A stretch of 64,000 bases of DNA from Longimicrobiales bacterium (lineage in GTDB: Bacteria > Gemmatimonadota > Gemmatimonadetes > Longimicrobiales > Gaopeijiaceae): positions 64,001 through 128,000 of the forward strand of contig CBDCKN010000015.1 of NCBI GenBank assembly GCA_965218295.1, given 5' to 3'. The notes beneath the pieces were generated by a model, which saw only the letters and a list, made by a program, of their open reading frames with translations, searched no databases and was not told where the DNA came from. A program made the position numbers and the translations under genes. Every line of letters begins with the position of its first letter. Within the stretch, counting starts at the first letter, position 1. This document shows, one piece after another, positions 29,571 through 38,790 of this stretch.

Positions 29571-30668
29571 CTAGCGGTTCATGAGGACGGTCACCGACGC
29601 TTCGGCGTCGTTCGCCGTCGCAAGATCCAAGTCTCCGTCGCCGTCGAAGTCCGCCGCCACGATCTGATGCGGCTGCTGGCCCACCCCCACCGCCAGAGCG
29701 CTCGAGAACTGCCCCACCCCATCGTTCTCGAAGAGGGTTACGGAGTGAGCTGAGTACGCAGCCAAAGCGAGATCGAGGTCGCCATCCCGGTCGTAATCCC
29801 CCACCGCTGCGGCCCAGGGCGCGTCGGGCAAAACGATGACCGACTCCAACGACAGCGAACCCGCACCATCATTCTCCAGCACGAACGCTTCTCCCGTACC
29901 CGAGCTCGTGATGAGCACGTCCTGGTCTCCGTCGGCGTCGAAGTCTCCACCCACCGGAATGTGGTGTCTGCCCCCCAGGGAGAGGTCCGCCGACGCCTGG
30001 AATGAGCCCTGGCCGTCGTTCAAGAAGACGTTTACGACCGCGGCGCTGAAGCTGGGGACGACGAGATCGACGTCTCCGTCGCCGTCGAGGTCGGCCACGA
30101 CAGCACGTTCGGCCCCCGGGCTGGCGGCCAGGGTGGACGTCCGCACGAACGCTCCCTGCCCATCGTTGGCCAAGAGCGACACGCTGGCGCCACGGAAGTC
30201 GGAGACCACCAGATCGATGTCGCCATCACCGTCGATGTCCCCGGCAACGATCCCGTGGGGGCTCTCGCCGACGCCCGTGGTGGCTCCCGACGTAAACCCT
30301 GCCCGCCCGTCGTTGGAGAGCACGACGACCTGGTTTGCCCCAGCGTTCGCCACGGCCAGGTCCGTGTCCCCATCGTCGTCGAAGTCGCCGGCGGCCAGGG
30401 CCTCCGGCCGATCGAAGCCCTCGGTCGTGCCCCGAACGGTAAAGACGCCGCTTCCGTCGTTGAGCAGGACCGTCACTGTGTTGGCGGTCTGGTCGACCGT
30501 GGCCAGGTCCACGTCTCCGTCACCGTCGAAGTCCCCGGCCTGGAGGTTGTACGGCTGCGAAGGTGTGGTCACGTCGCGACGATCGAAGCGAAGTCTGGAG
30601 TCGTCCTGCGCCTCCAGCGCCCGGGCCGCAGGGAGCATCAGGAGAACAGTGAGCAGAAGAGCGGGCAT
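29571..30668 (-). CDS. Secreted FG-GAP/VCBS repeat beta-propeller protein
   Basis: Signal peptide followed by seven DxDxDGDxD repeats. Confidence 0.85.
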   Translation of the reverse strand: MPALLLTVLLMLPAARALEAQDDSRLRFDRRDVTTPSQPYNLQAGDFDGDGDVDLATVDQTANTVTVLLNDGSGVFTVRGTTEGFDRPEALAAGDFDDDGDTDLAVANAGANQVVVLSNDGRAGFTSGATTGVGESPHGIVAGDIDGDGDIDLVVSDFRGASVSLLANDGQGAFVRTSTLAASPGAERAVVADLDGDGDVDLVVPSFSAAVVNVFLNDGQGSFQASADLSLGGRHHIPVGGDFDADGDQDVLITSSGTGEAFVLENDGAGSLSLESVIVLPDAPWAAAVGDYDRDGDLDLALAAYSAHSVTLFENDGVGQFSSALAVGVGQQPHQIVAADFDGDGDLDLATANDAEASVTVLMNR

Positions 30669-30686
30669 TTCTGCGCGCGGAACGTG

Positions 30687-31349
30687 TCAGCCGGTCAGGA
30701 GCCCGTCCACGGCCCACGCGCAGGCGACGAAGCGGCCGTGATGGGACAGCGACAGGTCCACGGGCAAACGCTCGTCTTGCCGGCGCAAGGTCGGTATCCC
30801 CCCTTGGGTCACGATGTCGATCTCTGCCGGGGAGATGTTCATCAGGGACCCCACGGCGGTGCGCGCTAGATCTCTAACACGAACGCTGGGGCGGTCGCCC
30901 CGAGCTCCCGAGCCGTCGATCTCGACTCGGCCGACGCGAGCACGGGCGCCGATGGGGGGCTCGCCGGCGGCTCCGTCGTGGACTTCGGAACGGGAACCGG
31001 TCGCCTGATCTGCCACGGGCACGGCCAGAGCGTGCAGCCATTCGTCTGCTCGCTCGAACCAGACACTGAAGCGCGCCACCCCATGGCTCACCTCGGCCCT
31101 GGCGTCGTCGAGCATCCGGACGGCGAATTTCCTCGGGAAGAACCGTACCTCACCGTCGAGCTTCCGGGCGACCTTGAAGGCGCTTTCCTTGGCCGCCCAG
31201 AGAGACCATCGGAGTTGATGCGCGGAGCGGCTCCCGCGGATGCGGGCTTGTTCGGCGGGAGTGAACGCCCGGCTGTCGAAGCGGCCGTGGATCCTGTCGG
31301 CTTGGCTCCACGAATCTTGGAGATCGACGATATCGTTACCTACAAGCAA
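30687..31349 (-). CDS. 4'-phosphopantetheinyl transferase
   Basis: VGNDIVDL, WAAKESAFK, SLSHHG. Confidence 0.88.
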   Translation of the reverse strand: MLVGNDIVDLQDSWSQADRIHGRFDSRAFTPAEQARIRGSRSAHQLRWSLWAAKESAFKVARKLDGEVRFFPRKFAVRMLDDARAEVSHGVARFSVWFERADEWLHALAVPVADQATGSRSEVHDGAAGEPPIGARARVGRVEIDGSGARGDRPSVRVRDLARTAVGSLMNISPAEIDIVTQGGIPTLRRQDERLPVDLSLSHHGRFVACAWAVDGLLTG

Positions 31350-32082
31350 AGTACCTCTGCTCCATACGCGCCAGTCGAGCTACGATCTGCTCGGCCAGGT
31401 CCATGGACCGCCGCAGGCCCGAATGCTCCGACTCGGGTTTGAAGAGCTCGAAGTCGACGTAGAACGAGTCTCCACGGGCCGGAACGGTGGACCAGGTCTT
31501 CTGTCGGTCACCGCGTATGTATACGCACAGTGCGCGGCAGTCCCGTACGGAGTTCAGGATCCTCCCCACCCCGTGGGCAATGGAGTCGGACTGCACACGC
31601 CCCGTGCGGCTACGCCCCGCCTCGGGAAAGATCAAAGCGGTGTCTCCCCGGGTGAGGAGATGTTGCACGCGCCTGATGACCCTGGACACGTCCTGCCGCC
31701 TCCCGCCCCGTCTTACGGGAATGCACTTCGTGAGCCAGGCACCGAACCGGCTGGGCCAAACAAACGCGTAGTTGGTGTACTCCGGCAGGTTCCACGGCAT
31801 GCGGGAGTAGTTGAAGACGTACCACCAGCTTCCCCCGAGGGCCCAGGCGACCACAGCGGAGTCGACCATGGTCAGATGGTTCGCGCAGATCAGCAGGGGT
31901 TGATCGTTCTCACGCATCATGGCGCGAAAGCGCTTGCGCAGCGCGCCGGCGTTCTTGACGTGATACCTCATCAGGAATCGCATCGCGAACACGATGGAGG
32001 TGATCCATAAGACGGAGGACAGCCGGCCCACCTCCCGCTGAATGGCCAGCGCCGCCCGTGTTCTGAAGGAAAGCTTCGTCAC
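31336..32082 (-). CDS. PlsC-family (lysophospholipid) acyltransferase
   Basis: NHLTMVD (HxxxxD) and FPEAGRS motifs; N-terminal TM. Confidence 0.85.
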   Translation of the reverse strand: MTKLSFRTRAALAIQREVGRLSSVLWITSIVFAMRFLMRYHVKNAGALRKRFRAMMRENDQPLLICANHLTMVDSAVVAWALGGSWWYVFNYSRMPWNLPEYTNYAFVWPSRFGAWLTKCIPVRRGGRRQDVSRVIRRVQHLLTRGDTALIFPEAGRSRTGRVQSDSIAHGVGRILNSVRDCRALCVYIRGDRQKTWSTVPARGDSFYVDFELFKPESEHSGLRRSMDLAEQIVARLARMEQRYFACR

Positions 32083-32091
32083 GACTCGAAC

Positions 32092-32340
32092 CTACGAGAT
32101 CTTTTGCTGGATGAGCCCCACCGCGTCGCCGACCGTGTTCACGGCGTCGGCGTCTTCATCTTCCACCTCGATGTCGAACTCATCTTCGAAGTTCAGGATG
32201 ATGTCCACCAACCGTGCGGAATTCACCTTGAGATCCTCGAGGATGTTCGTGTCCTCGTTCACCGCGTCCAGTGCCTCTTGGTTCTTCACGTACGGCTTCA
32301 CGATCTCTATCACCTTCGCGAAGATCTCTTCTCTGGTCAT
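32092..32340 (-). CDS. Acyl carrier protein (NSA variant)
   Basis: Acidic 82-aa protein, DLKVNSARLVDIILNFEDEFDIEV...TVGDAV. Confidence 0.9.
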   Translation of the reverse strand: MTREEIFAKVIEIVKPYVKNQEALDAVNEDTNILEDLKVNSARLVDIILNFEDEFDIEVEDEDADAVNTVGDAVGLIQQKIS

Positions 32341-32366
32341 TAAGGGCGTCCCGTTTCGATCCAGTA

Positions 32367-33644
32367 CTAGTCGACCCACCTGCGGAAGATCGCACAAGAA
32401 TTTACATCGCCAAAGCCGAAGCCCGCCTTGATAATCGTATTCAGCTCCGGCATTTCGCGCACCACATGCGGGATCGAGGCTGCATACGACTCGATCTCCG
32501 GATGCACATCTTCACAGTTTATGGAGGGATGAACAAACCCTCTCTCGAGCATCAAGATACATGCGACCGCCTCCAAGGCCCCTGCGGCACCCAGCGCGTG
32601 TCCGATCATCGACTTGGTCGACGAGATCACCGGGAACGTCTCCGGCGTCCGTTCGAGGGCCTTCGCCCAAGAGGCCACCTCTCGCGGATCGGCGCCGGTC
32701 GCTGTCAGATGACCGTTGATGACGTCCACCTCGTCCGGCTCGATGGACGCGTCCGCCACGGCTTGCCGGATGCAGCGCTGCACTCCCTCCGGGTTGGGCG
32801 CCGTCATGCTACCTCCACCGCTATGCCCTCCGCAATTGATGCTGCCACCCAGAACTTCGGCATGGATCTGCGCACCTCTCGCCTCGGCGCTCTCCAGGCT
32901 TTCCAGGTGGAGGAGTCCTGCGCCGCTGCCGGGAACGAACCCGCCCGCAGATGCACTGAGCGGGCGTGAGGCCCTCTCGGGCTCGTCGTTGTGCCTCCGG
33001 CAGAGGACACGCATGGAGTCGAAGCCGGCCCATGCATAGGGACTCGACCCCTCGGTGCCTCCGCACAGCATTCGCTCGGCGCGGCCCGCAGCGATCCGAT
33101 AGTACCCTTCGATGATCGCCTCCAACCCGGTGCTGCACGCGCTGGAGTTGGCTGTCACCTGGTTACCCAGGGACAGAAGTCCGGCCACCCGCGCGGAGAC
33201 CCCGCTGCCCATGACCTGCTCCACGATAGTGCTGCCGAGCTTGCGCACCCGACCCGCATCCACGTATGGCACGAGCTTCTCGCCTGTGGTATCCAGCCCG
33301 CCGATCCCCGTTCCGAGAACCGCCCCGGCCTCCCAATAGACCCGATCGTCGCCCGGCTCAGGTCGCTCGAACCCGGCGTCGGTCCACGCGTCGACGGCGG
33401 CGATGCAACCGTACCGGTGGCTGCTGTTCATGGCCAGGAGCTCGTCCTCCGCGAAGTATTCGGCGGCGATCTCGTCGACGCCCTGTGGGATCCCGCCCAC
33501 GGTGCATCCGAACTTGAGCTCCTCCAGCTGCGGGTAGTGCCGGATCCCGGAAATGCCGTCGCGGATGGCCCGAGCGTACTCCTCGAGGCCGTTCCCGTTG
33601 GGAGCCACCACGCCCATGCCCGTGACGACCACTCGGTGGCTCAT
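32367..33644 (-). CDS. fabF: Beta-ketoacyl-ACP synthase (FabF/FabB type)
   Basis: RVVVTGMG, SSACSTG, NGHLTAT, STKSMIGHALGAAG, GFGFG. Confidence 0.88.
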   Translation of the reverse strand: MSHRVVVTGMGVVAPNGNGLEEYARAIRDGISGIRHYPQLEELKFGCTVGGIPQGVDEIAAEYFAEDELLAMNSSHRYGCIAAVDAWTDAGFERPEPGDDRVYWEAGAVLGTGIGGLDTTGEKLVPYVDAGRVRKLGSTIVEQVMGSGVSARVAGLLSLGNQVTANSSACSTGLEAIIEGYYRIAAGRAERMLCGGTEGSSPYAWAGFDSMRVLCRRHNDEPERASRPLSASAGGFVPGSGAGLLHLESLESAEARGAQIHAEVLGGSINCGGHSGGGSMTAPNPEGVQRCIRQAVADASIEPDEVDVINGHLTATGADPREVASWAKALERTPETFPVISSTKSMIGHALGAAGALEAVACILMLERGFVHPSINCEDVHPEIESYAASIPHVVREMPELNTIIKAGFGFGDVNSCAIFRRWVD

Positions 33645-34117
33645 CGCTCCACCCCCACGCCCGAGATCGTCCCGGACAAGACGACGGTCCCGTCGTCCAG
33701 GGTCATGGTCGCCTCGGAGCGGAACTTGTTTCGCCGGAAAAACACCCTCCTTGCCGACGTCGTCACCCGGTCCCCTGGCTTCACGACACCGGTGAAATCG
33801 ACGTTGGCGTCGCTGAAGAGAGCCACTCGCTTCATTACGCCTTCGATCCCGTGCTCCAGGGCGATGATGTAGATGCCGAGCGCGACGACGCCGATCTGGG
33901 CAAAGGATTCCAGGAGGAGAACCCCCGGAGTCACCGGATCTCCCGGAAAGTGCCCCCGATAGAAGTCTGCGTCGGGCCGAAACCGATATTGGGCAACGAT
34001 GTGGTCCTCGGACACCTCGAGGATCTCGTCCACGAACCTGAACGGCTCCTGCTGGGGGAGCAGCTCCAACACCTGGGCCGGCGTGAGCTTGGTTCCCACG
34101 GGCTCCGCCGTATTCAC
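33641..34117 (-). CDS. fabZ: 3-hydroxyacyl-ACP dehydratase, FabZ-type
   Basis: LPQQEPFRFVD, GHFPGDPVTPGVLLLESFAQ (His/Glu dyad). Confidence 0.85.
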   Translation of the reverse strand: MNTAEPVGTKLTPAQVLELLPQQEPFRFVDEILEVSEDHIVAQYRFRPDADFYRGHFPGDPVTPGVLLLESFAQIGVVALGIYIIALEHGIEGVMKRVALFSDANVDFTGVVKPGDRVTTSARRVFFRRNKFRSEATMTLDDGTVVLSGTISGVGVER

Positions 34118-34704
34118 TCGGCCATCTTCCCACCACGGGACCGCTGTGAGGGCCAGGGGTAGTCGGCATAGTCGATGTCGCGAAAGACGCCCACCTTGGC
34201 GCGCTTGATCTCGTAGATGGCTTCACCGTCCACCAGCACCGTCGCGTCTCCGATGGCCACGGCGGACCCGGACTGCGGCAGATCCTGATATCGAACGATG
34301 TCGATCTCGTATCGGACGACCTTGTCGTGGGGTCTGATCTGCCCGGAGAACTCCACCCCGGCGCAGCCCAGCGCCCGCCCAGTGCCCAGGGCGCCGTTCC
34401 AGGCGCAGTAGAAGCCGATGAGCTGCCAGACGCCGTCCACACCAAGGCATCCCGGCTGGACCGGATCGCCGAGGAAGTGACACTGGAAGAACCAGTCGTC
34501 GAGGCGGACATCCCGCTCCGCCACGATCCGACCCCGGGCACCCTTTCGCGAGATGTGCTCGATGCGATCGACCATCAGCATGGGCGGCAGGGGCAGGCGA
34601 GCCTTGAACTCCGGAGGCTCGTCCTCGAGCAAGCGCCCATACGCGAAAGCCAGAACCTCCTCTTCGGAAAGGTGCGATCGCTCCCGGAACTCGTCGTACT
34701 TCAC
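34114..34704 (-). CDS. fabA: 3-hydroxyacyl-ACP dehydratase/isomerase, FabA-type
   Basis: LPLPPMLMVDRI, WFFQCHFLGDPVQPGCLGVDGVWQLIGFY (His/Asp dyad), GRALG, FSGQI. Confidence 0.9.
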   Translation of the reverse strand: MKYDEFRERSHLSEEEVLAFAYGRLLEDEPPEFKARLPLPPMLMVDRIEHISRKGARGRIVAERDVRLDDWFFQCHFLGDPVQPGCLGVDGVWQLIGFYCAWNGALGTGRALGCAGVEFSGQIRPHDKVVRYEIDIVRYQDLPQSGSAVAIGDATVLVDGEAIYEIKRAKVGVFRDIDYADYPWPSQRSRGGKMAE

Positions 34705-35696
34705 GGCGTCTCTCCAAAGCGCAGCACATAGCTGGACCAGGACAGGCCCGAGCCCACCCCGATGATCGCCACGTCGTCACCGTCGGTCCATCGATCCCAA
34801 TTCATGGACATCACGGACGGTGCTCCGGCGGCTCCTGTGTTGCCGTAGTCCACGACGTTGCAGTGGTGATGGTCGCCGTCGATGTTACAGTGCTCGCACA
34901 CCGTTTCGAGCATCCTGAGATTGGCCTGGTGGCCGATGAAGTGGAGGGAGCGGCCCGGGGGCGGAAACTCCTTCTGGATTCGCCGCAAGCAGCGCACGGT
35001 CTTCTTGATTGCGAACATCTGGACGGTGCGACCCTCCTGGCTGAAGTGACCCAAAAGGGGAACCATCACCTTGTCGCTGCCCGCCGGGCTCGACTCCAGC
35101 GTGTTTCCCAGGATCTGGATTCGGGACGGGACCTTCGTGGAGATCACGGCAGCCGTCGTGCAGTCTCCCCAGAGCACCGACGCCGTCCGGTCGGAGTAGT
35201 CCACCGCGGTCGTGAGGCTCTCGGGCGTCACCAGAAGGATGTATTCCGGAAGTGCTTCGGGGCGCATCATGGACAGAGCATAGAGCGCCACCCACATGCT
35301 CGTGCACGCCGAGTTCATGTCGAAGGCGGGCACCTCCAGCTCCAAAGCCTGGGCGATCATGCACGCCTCGGCGGGGGAGGACCACTCCGGCTTGCTCGAG
35401 CCCGCGATGACCATGCCGATGTCGTCCTTGGACACGCCTGCCCGCTCCAGCGCCATCTCCGCGGCCCTGCCACCGGTTTCTGCGTGGGTGTACATGGCGG
35501 CTTCCACGGCCTCCCCGGGATCCACATTGCGGGTCTCACGGATGTAGTCGAGAGAAAGCACCGTACGGCGGGCGCGGATCCCCACTCGCTCCATGATCCA
35601 CTGGTCGTTCGTCCCGATGTCGAGATCGGCAAGGAACTCGTTGGTGATCTCACTCTCGGGATGGAAATGCCCCAGCCCATGAAGGTACAGGCTCAT
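34701..35696 (-). CDS. fabH: Ketoacyl-ACP synthase III (FabH-like)
   Basis: WIMERVGI, NSACTS, HQAN, YGNTGAA (Cys-His-Asn triad). Confidence 0.88.
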   Translation of the reverse strand: MSLYLHGLGHFHPESEITNEFLADLDIGTNDQWIMERVGIRARRTVLSLDYIRETRNVDPGEAVEAAMYTHAETGGRAAEMALERAGVSKDDIGMVIAGSSKPEWSSPAEACMIAQALELEVPAFDMNSACTSMWVALYALSMMRPEALPEYILLVTPESLTTAVDYSDRTASVLWGDCTTAAVISTKVPSRIQILGNTLESSPAGSDKVMVPLLGHFSQEGRTVQMFAIKKTVRCLRRIQKEFPPPGRSLHFIGHQANLRMLETVCEHCNIDGDHHHCNVVDYGNTGAAGAPSVMSMNWDRWTDGDDVAIIGVGSGLSWSSYVLRFGETP

Positions 35697-36649
35697 CGCG
35701 AAGCCCCCGAAATACGCTCTCCTCCGTCCACTCGGATGACTTCGCCATTGATCCAAGCGGCCTCGGGCAGAGACAGGAGATAGATGACGTTGGCGACGTC
35801 CTCCGGAGAGGTCAGACGCCCGAAGGGATTCCTGGTCCGCGCTTGGGCTTTCAGATGCGCGCTTCCGGGAATCATGCGTAGGGCAGGTGTGTCCGTAACC
35901 CCGGCCTGGACGATGTTCGACCGAATTCCGAAGGGAGCCATTTCCACTGCGATGGAGCGCGAGACCGACTGCAGCGCCACCTTCGCCGCGGCCACCGCCG
36001 CATAGCCCTTCCATGCCACCTCATTGCCCTCGCTGGTGAGACCCAGGATGCGGGCGTCGGGCGCAAACATGCCCCGGCCTAGAAGCTCCTGGGTCCAACC
36101 CAAGAGGCTGGTGCCCATGGCATGGATGGTGCGCGTCAGGTCCTCCTCCTCCAGGAAGGAGTCGCCGGAGTACTCCGGTGGCGTCGTGAGACCCTGAACA
36201 CCGTCGATACCCTCCTCGAACAGGCGGTCGGCAGCCTCCTCCAACGCCGATTCATCGACGCCGAGGGCTTCCGCCAACCGCTGCCGGGCCACATGAGAAG
36301 CGGCCGCTTCGGGACCGATCAACTTGAGATTGCCGAAGGCGATGGAGTGGAGGACGACACGGACCCGGCCCTCGGCCCCTAGTGTCTCGGCCAAGGCTTC
36401 GAGGATCTCCGCTCGCACGTCCGAGTCCAGGGCATCCTTGTTGAACGTCAGGAGCGAGACGCCCCGCTTGCGGATCTGGTCGAACTCCGACTCGATGCGA
36501 CGCATCGCCCCGCGGCGGTCGCGGTGGACGATGCACAAGTTGAGCCCGTGTTCGGCCAGCTTATGTGCGGTGGCGAGCCCGAAGCCGCTCGAGCCACCCA
36601 GAATCAGCGCCCACTCATCGCCGCCGTAGGGTGCGGGTGACGTACTCAC
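35693..36649 (-). CDS. Enoyl-ACP reductase, FabL-like SDR with an internal insertion
   Basis: LGGSSGFG, Y-x6-K (YAAVAAAK), AGVTDTPAL, NPFGRLT, VDGG; GTG start inferred. Confidence 0.8.
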   Translation of the reverse strand: MSTSPAPYGGDEWALILGGSSGFGLATAHKLAEHGLNLCIVHRDRRGAMRRIESEFDQIRKRGVSLLTFNKDALDSDVRAEILEALAETLGAEGRVRVVLHSIAFGNLKLIGPEAAASHVARQRLAEALGVDESALEEAADRLFEEGIDGVQGLTTPPEYSGDSFLEEEDLTRTIHAMGTSLLGWTQELLGRGMFAPDARILGLTSEGNEVAWKGYAAVAAAKVALQSVSRSIAVEMAPFGIRSNIVQAGVTDTPALRMIPGSAHLKAQARTRNPFGRLTSPEDVANVIYLLSLPEAAWINGEVIRVDGGERISGASR

Positions 36650-36888
36650 GCGGTTCTGTTCTCGGTGAACATCAGGGAGAGGTCTTGGGCAATATGGCAA
36701 TGAGGCACCCCAACGTCGGGATCACCCCGGAATCAGCGGCATGCATAGGGATACAAGGATACCAAAGGGGAGCGATTCTGACTAGGAAGCGGGTGGTGAC
36801 ATTCGCCGATTCCTTGCTACCCGGCATCCCACGGCCTATCTGTAGGTGAGCCTTCCCGACCACTTCGACCCCACGCCCGACGAGTGGA

Positions 36889-37846
36889 GTGATGCAGCAA
36901 CCCCGGCTTGCCACCGAGTCCATTGCGGGCCAGCGGCCGTATCAGGAGGACTCCGTCCTGTCACACACCCTGTCGGACGGCCGAATCCTCTTGGCTGTCG
37001 CCGACGGAATGGGCGGACACGCGGCTGGTGAGGTCGCCAGCGCCCTCGCGCTGGAGACACTCGTGGAGGCCGTCGAGGGAGGCCAATCACTGGACGAGGC
37101 ATTCCGTCTTGCCAACGATCGCGTCCACTCCAAGGCGGAGGAGCCCGGAAAGCAGGGCATGGGAACGACGCTGGTCGCCATGTTTCTGGACGGGGACGGC
37201 TACGCGGTCGCCAACGTAGGAGACAGCCGGTGTTTACGTAATCTCGGAGTCAGGCACACGCCAGATCACCGAGGATCACTCCTTCGTGGCCGAGGCCCAG
37301 AAGCGGGGGCAGACTGAGGAGGAAGCCCTGGCATCACAGTGGAAGGACGCCCTCACTCGCTCCATCGGCACTGACCTCGAGGTCGAGGTCGACGTCTTCG
37401 GACCCTTCCCGGTAGAGGGTGACTCGGCCGTCCTCCTCTGCTCCGATGGCCTGTACAAGACCCTGAGCGATTCCGACCTCGGTGACCTGTTCGCTCAGTC
37501 GGGCGGCCCCCGTGGCGCTGCCCAGTCAATGGTGTCAGCCGCCTACGAGCGTGGAAGCGATGACAACATCTCGGTGGCCATCGCCGAGTTCGATGAGGTT
37601 CCGAGGATGCGCCCCGCAGGCACCATGCCGCTGGAGTTCGAGCCACCGGACGAGGTGGTGGAGCCGGAGCCGGCTCAGGCGGAAAGCGAAGTCGAGACCT
37701 CGGCGCCACCGGACGAGCCGGGTCCAGCGCCCGTGACCACGGCGACGGGCACACCGCCGCAGACAGGGCCGCCGGTAGGCATGATCGTCGGCATCGGCGT
37801 CTTTATCGTGGTGATGGTAATTGCATTCCTGGTCCTGGGGAGATAG
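36889..37846 (+). CDS. PP2C-family Ser/Thr phosphatase with C-terminal TM; frameshift near 37234
   Basis: QED, VADGMGGH, GMGTT, NVGDSR, then ITEDHS, LCSDGL, DNIS; extra T in tgttta. Confidence 0.88.
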
Positions 37847-37969
37847 GGACTAGAGGCCTGTTGAAGAAGTGGGGCGAGCTGCGTTAGGAGCGCCGACAAG
37901 CGCTAGCCCGCTTTTGCCGGCCAGATCCTGGGCGGTGCCCCGGGCAGGGAGGGAGAGCTCGCAGGTCCG

Positions 37970-38665
37970 TCAGGCGATGTCCGCCACGAAGGTGAGCTTC
38001 AGTCTCCCCACCTCCACCACGTCTCCGTCCTTCAGGTCGGCCGGATTCCTGACGGCTCCGTTGATCTTCATCTTGGTCCAGTTGTGGAGGTTCTTGACCT
38101 CGCACCCATCTTCCCTGCTCATGATCAGGACATGGTGTTTGGGCCCCTTCGGTACCATCACGTCGCAGAGAGTGCCCGTTCCGATGAGGGCCGCGGGCAT
38201 CTCCGACAGATAGTGCGTGCCCCGCTGACCACCCGACTCCCAGACGATGTGAGCGCGACGCTTCCGCTCCGAGTCCTTCAAGAGCTCCTTCAACTCGTGC
38301 GACTTGATGTGCATCGTGCCCTCGAAGCCGGTCATGGCCGGCTGGGACTGGCTCGTGAAAGCGGTCTCTTCCCCTACCACCTTGTCGAAGACGATGGAGA
38401 ACTTGCCGAAGCCGATCTCGTCACCGGCCACAATGGCCTGGGGGCCTTCGATCTTCTGGCCGTGAAGGAAGGTCCCGTTGGAAGAGCCGAGATCCTCGAC
38501 GACCCAACCTTCACCCTCCCGGCGGACCTCCGCCTGCCTCCGCGACACCGACGGGTTGTCGATGAGGATGTCCATATCCTCTTCGCGCCCGACGCGGATA
38601 GCCGCCTGATCCAGGTTGTAGACCTGCATGGTCTTCCGGCCCAGGAGCAGCGTGATCTTCGGCAT
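37970..38665 (-). CDS. FHA-domain protein (one canonical and one degenerate FHA-like domain)
   Basis: VGR...VSRRQA...DLGSSNGTFL; second region ends LKDGDVVEVG. Confidence 0.85.
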   Translation of the reverse strand: MPKITLLLGRKTMQVYNLDQAAIRVGREEDMDILIDNPSVSRRQAEVRREGEGWVVEDLGSSNGTFLHGQKIEGPQAIVAGDEIGFGKFSIVFDKVVGEETAFTSQSQPAMTGFEGTMHIKSHELKELLKDSERKRRAHIVWESGGQRGTHYLSEMPAALIGTGTLCDVMVPKGPKHHVLIMSREDGCEVKNLHNWTKMKINGAVRNPADLKDGDVVEVGRLKLTFVADIA

Positions 38666-38790
38666 CCTTCGTCTCCTCCCTTCGTTCGGTTCCGAGGTAG
38701 GGCCGCTGGGGGACGACACTCGGGGCGCATACGAGCCGGCGAGTGACCGATAATGCCGTATCGTATGCGCCGCTGTCCAGCGACGCCTGT

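Noticed and set aside
29571..30600. Periodic DNA repeats as a possible CRISPR or tandem array
   Set aside because: They are degenerate coding repeats of FG-GAP blades, with no identical repeats or cas genes.
32367..34541. 724-aa KAS with a long N-terminal extension
   Set aside because: The extension is an alternate frame over fabA/fabZ. The real start is MSHRVVVTG at 33644.
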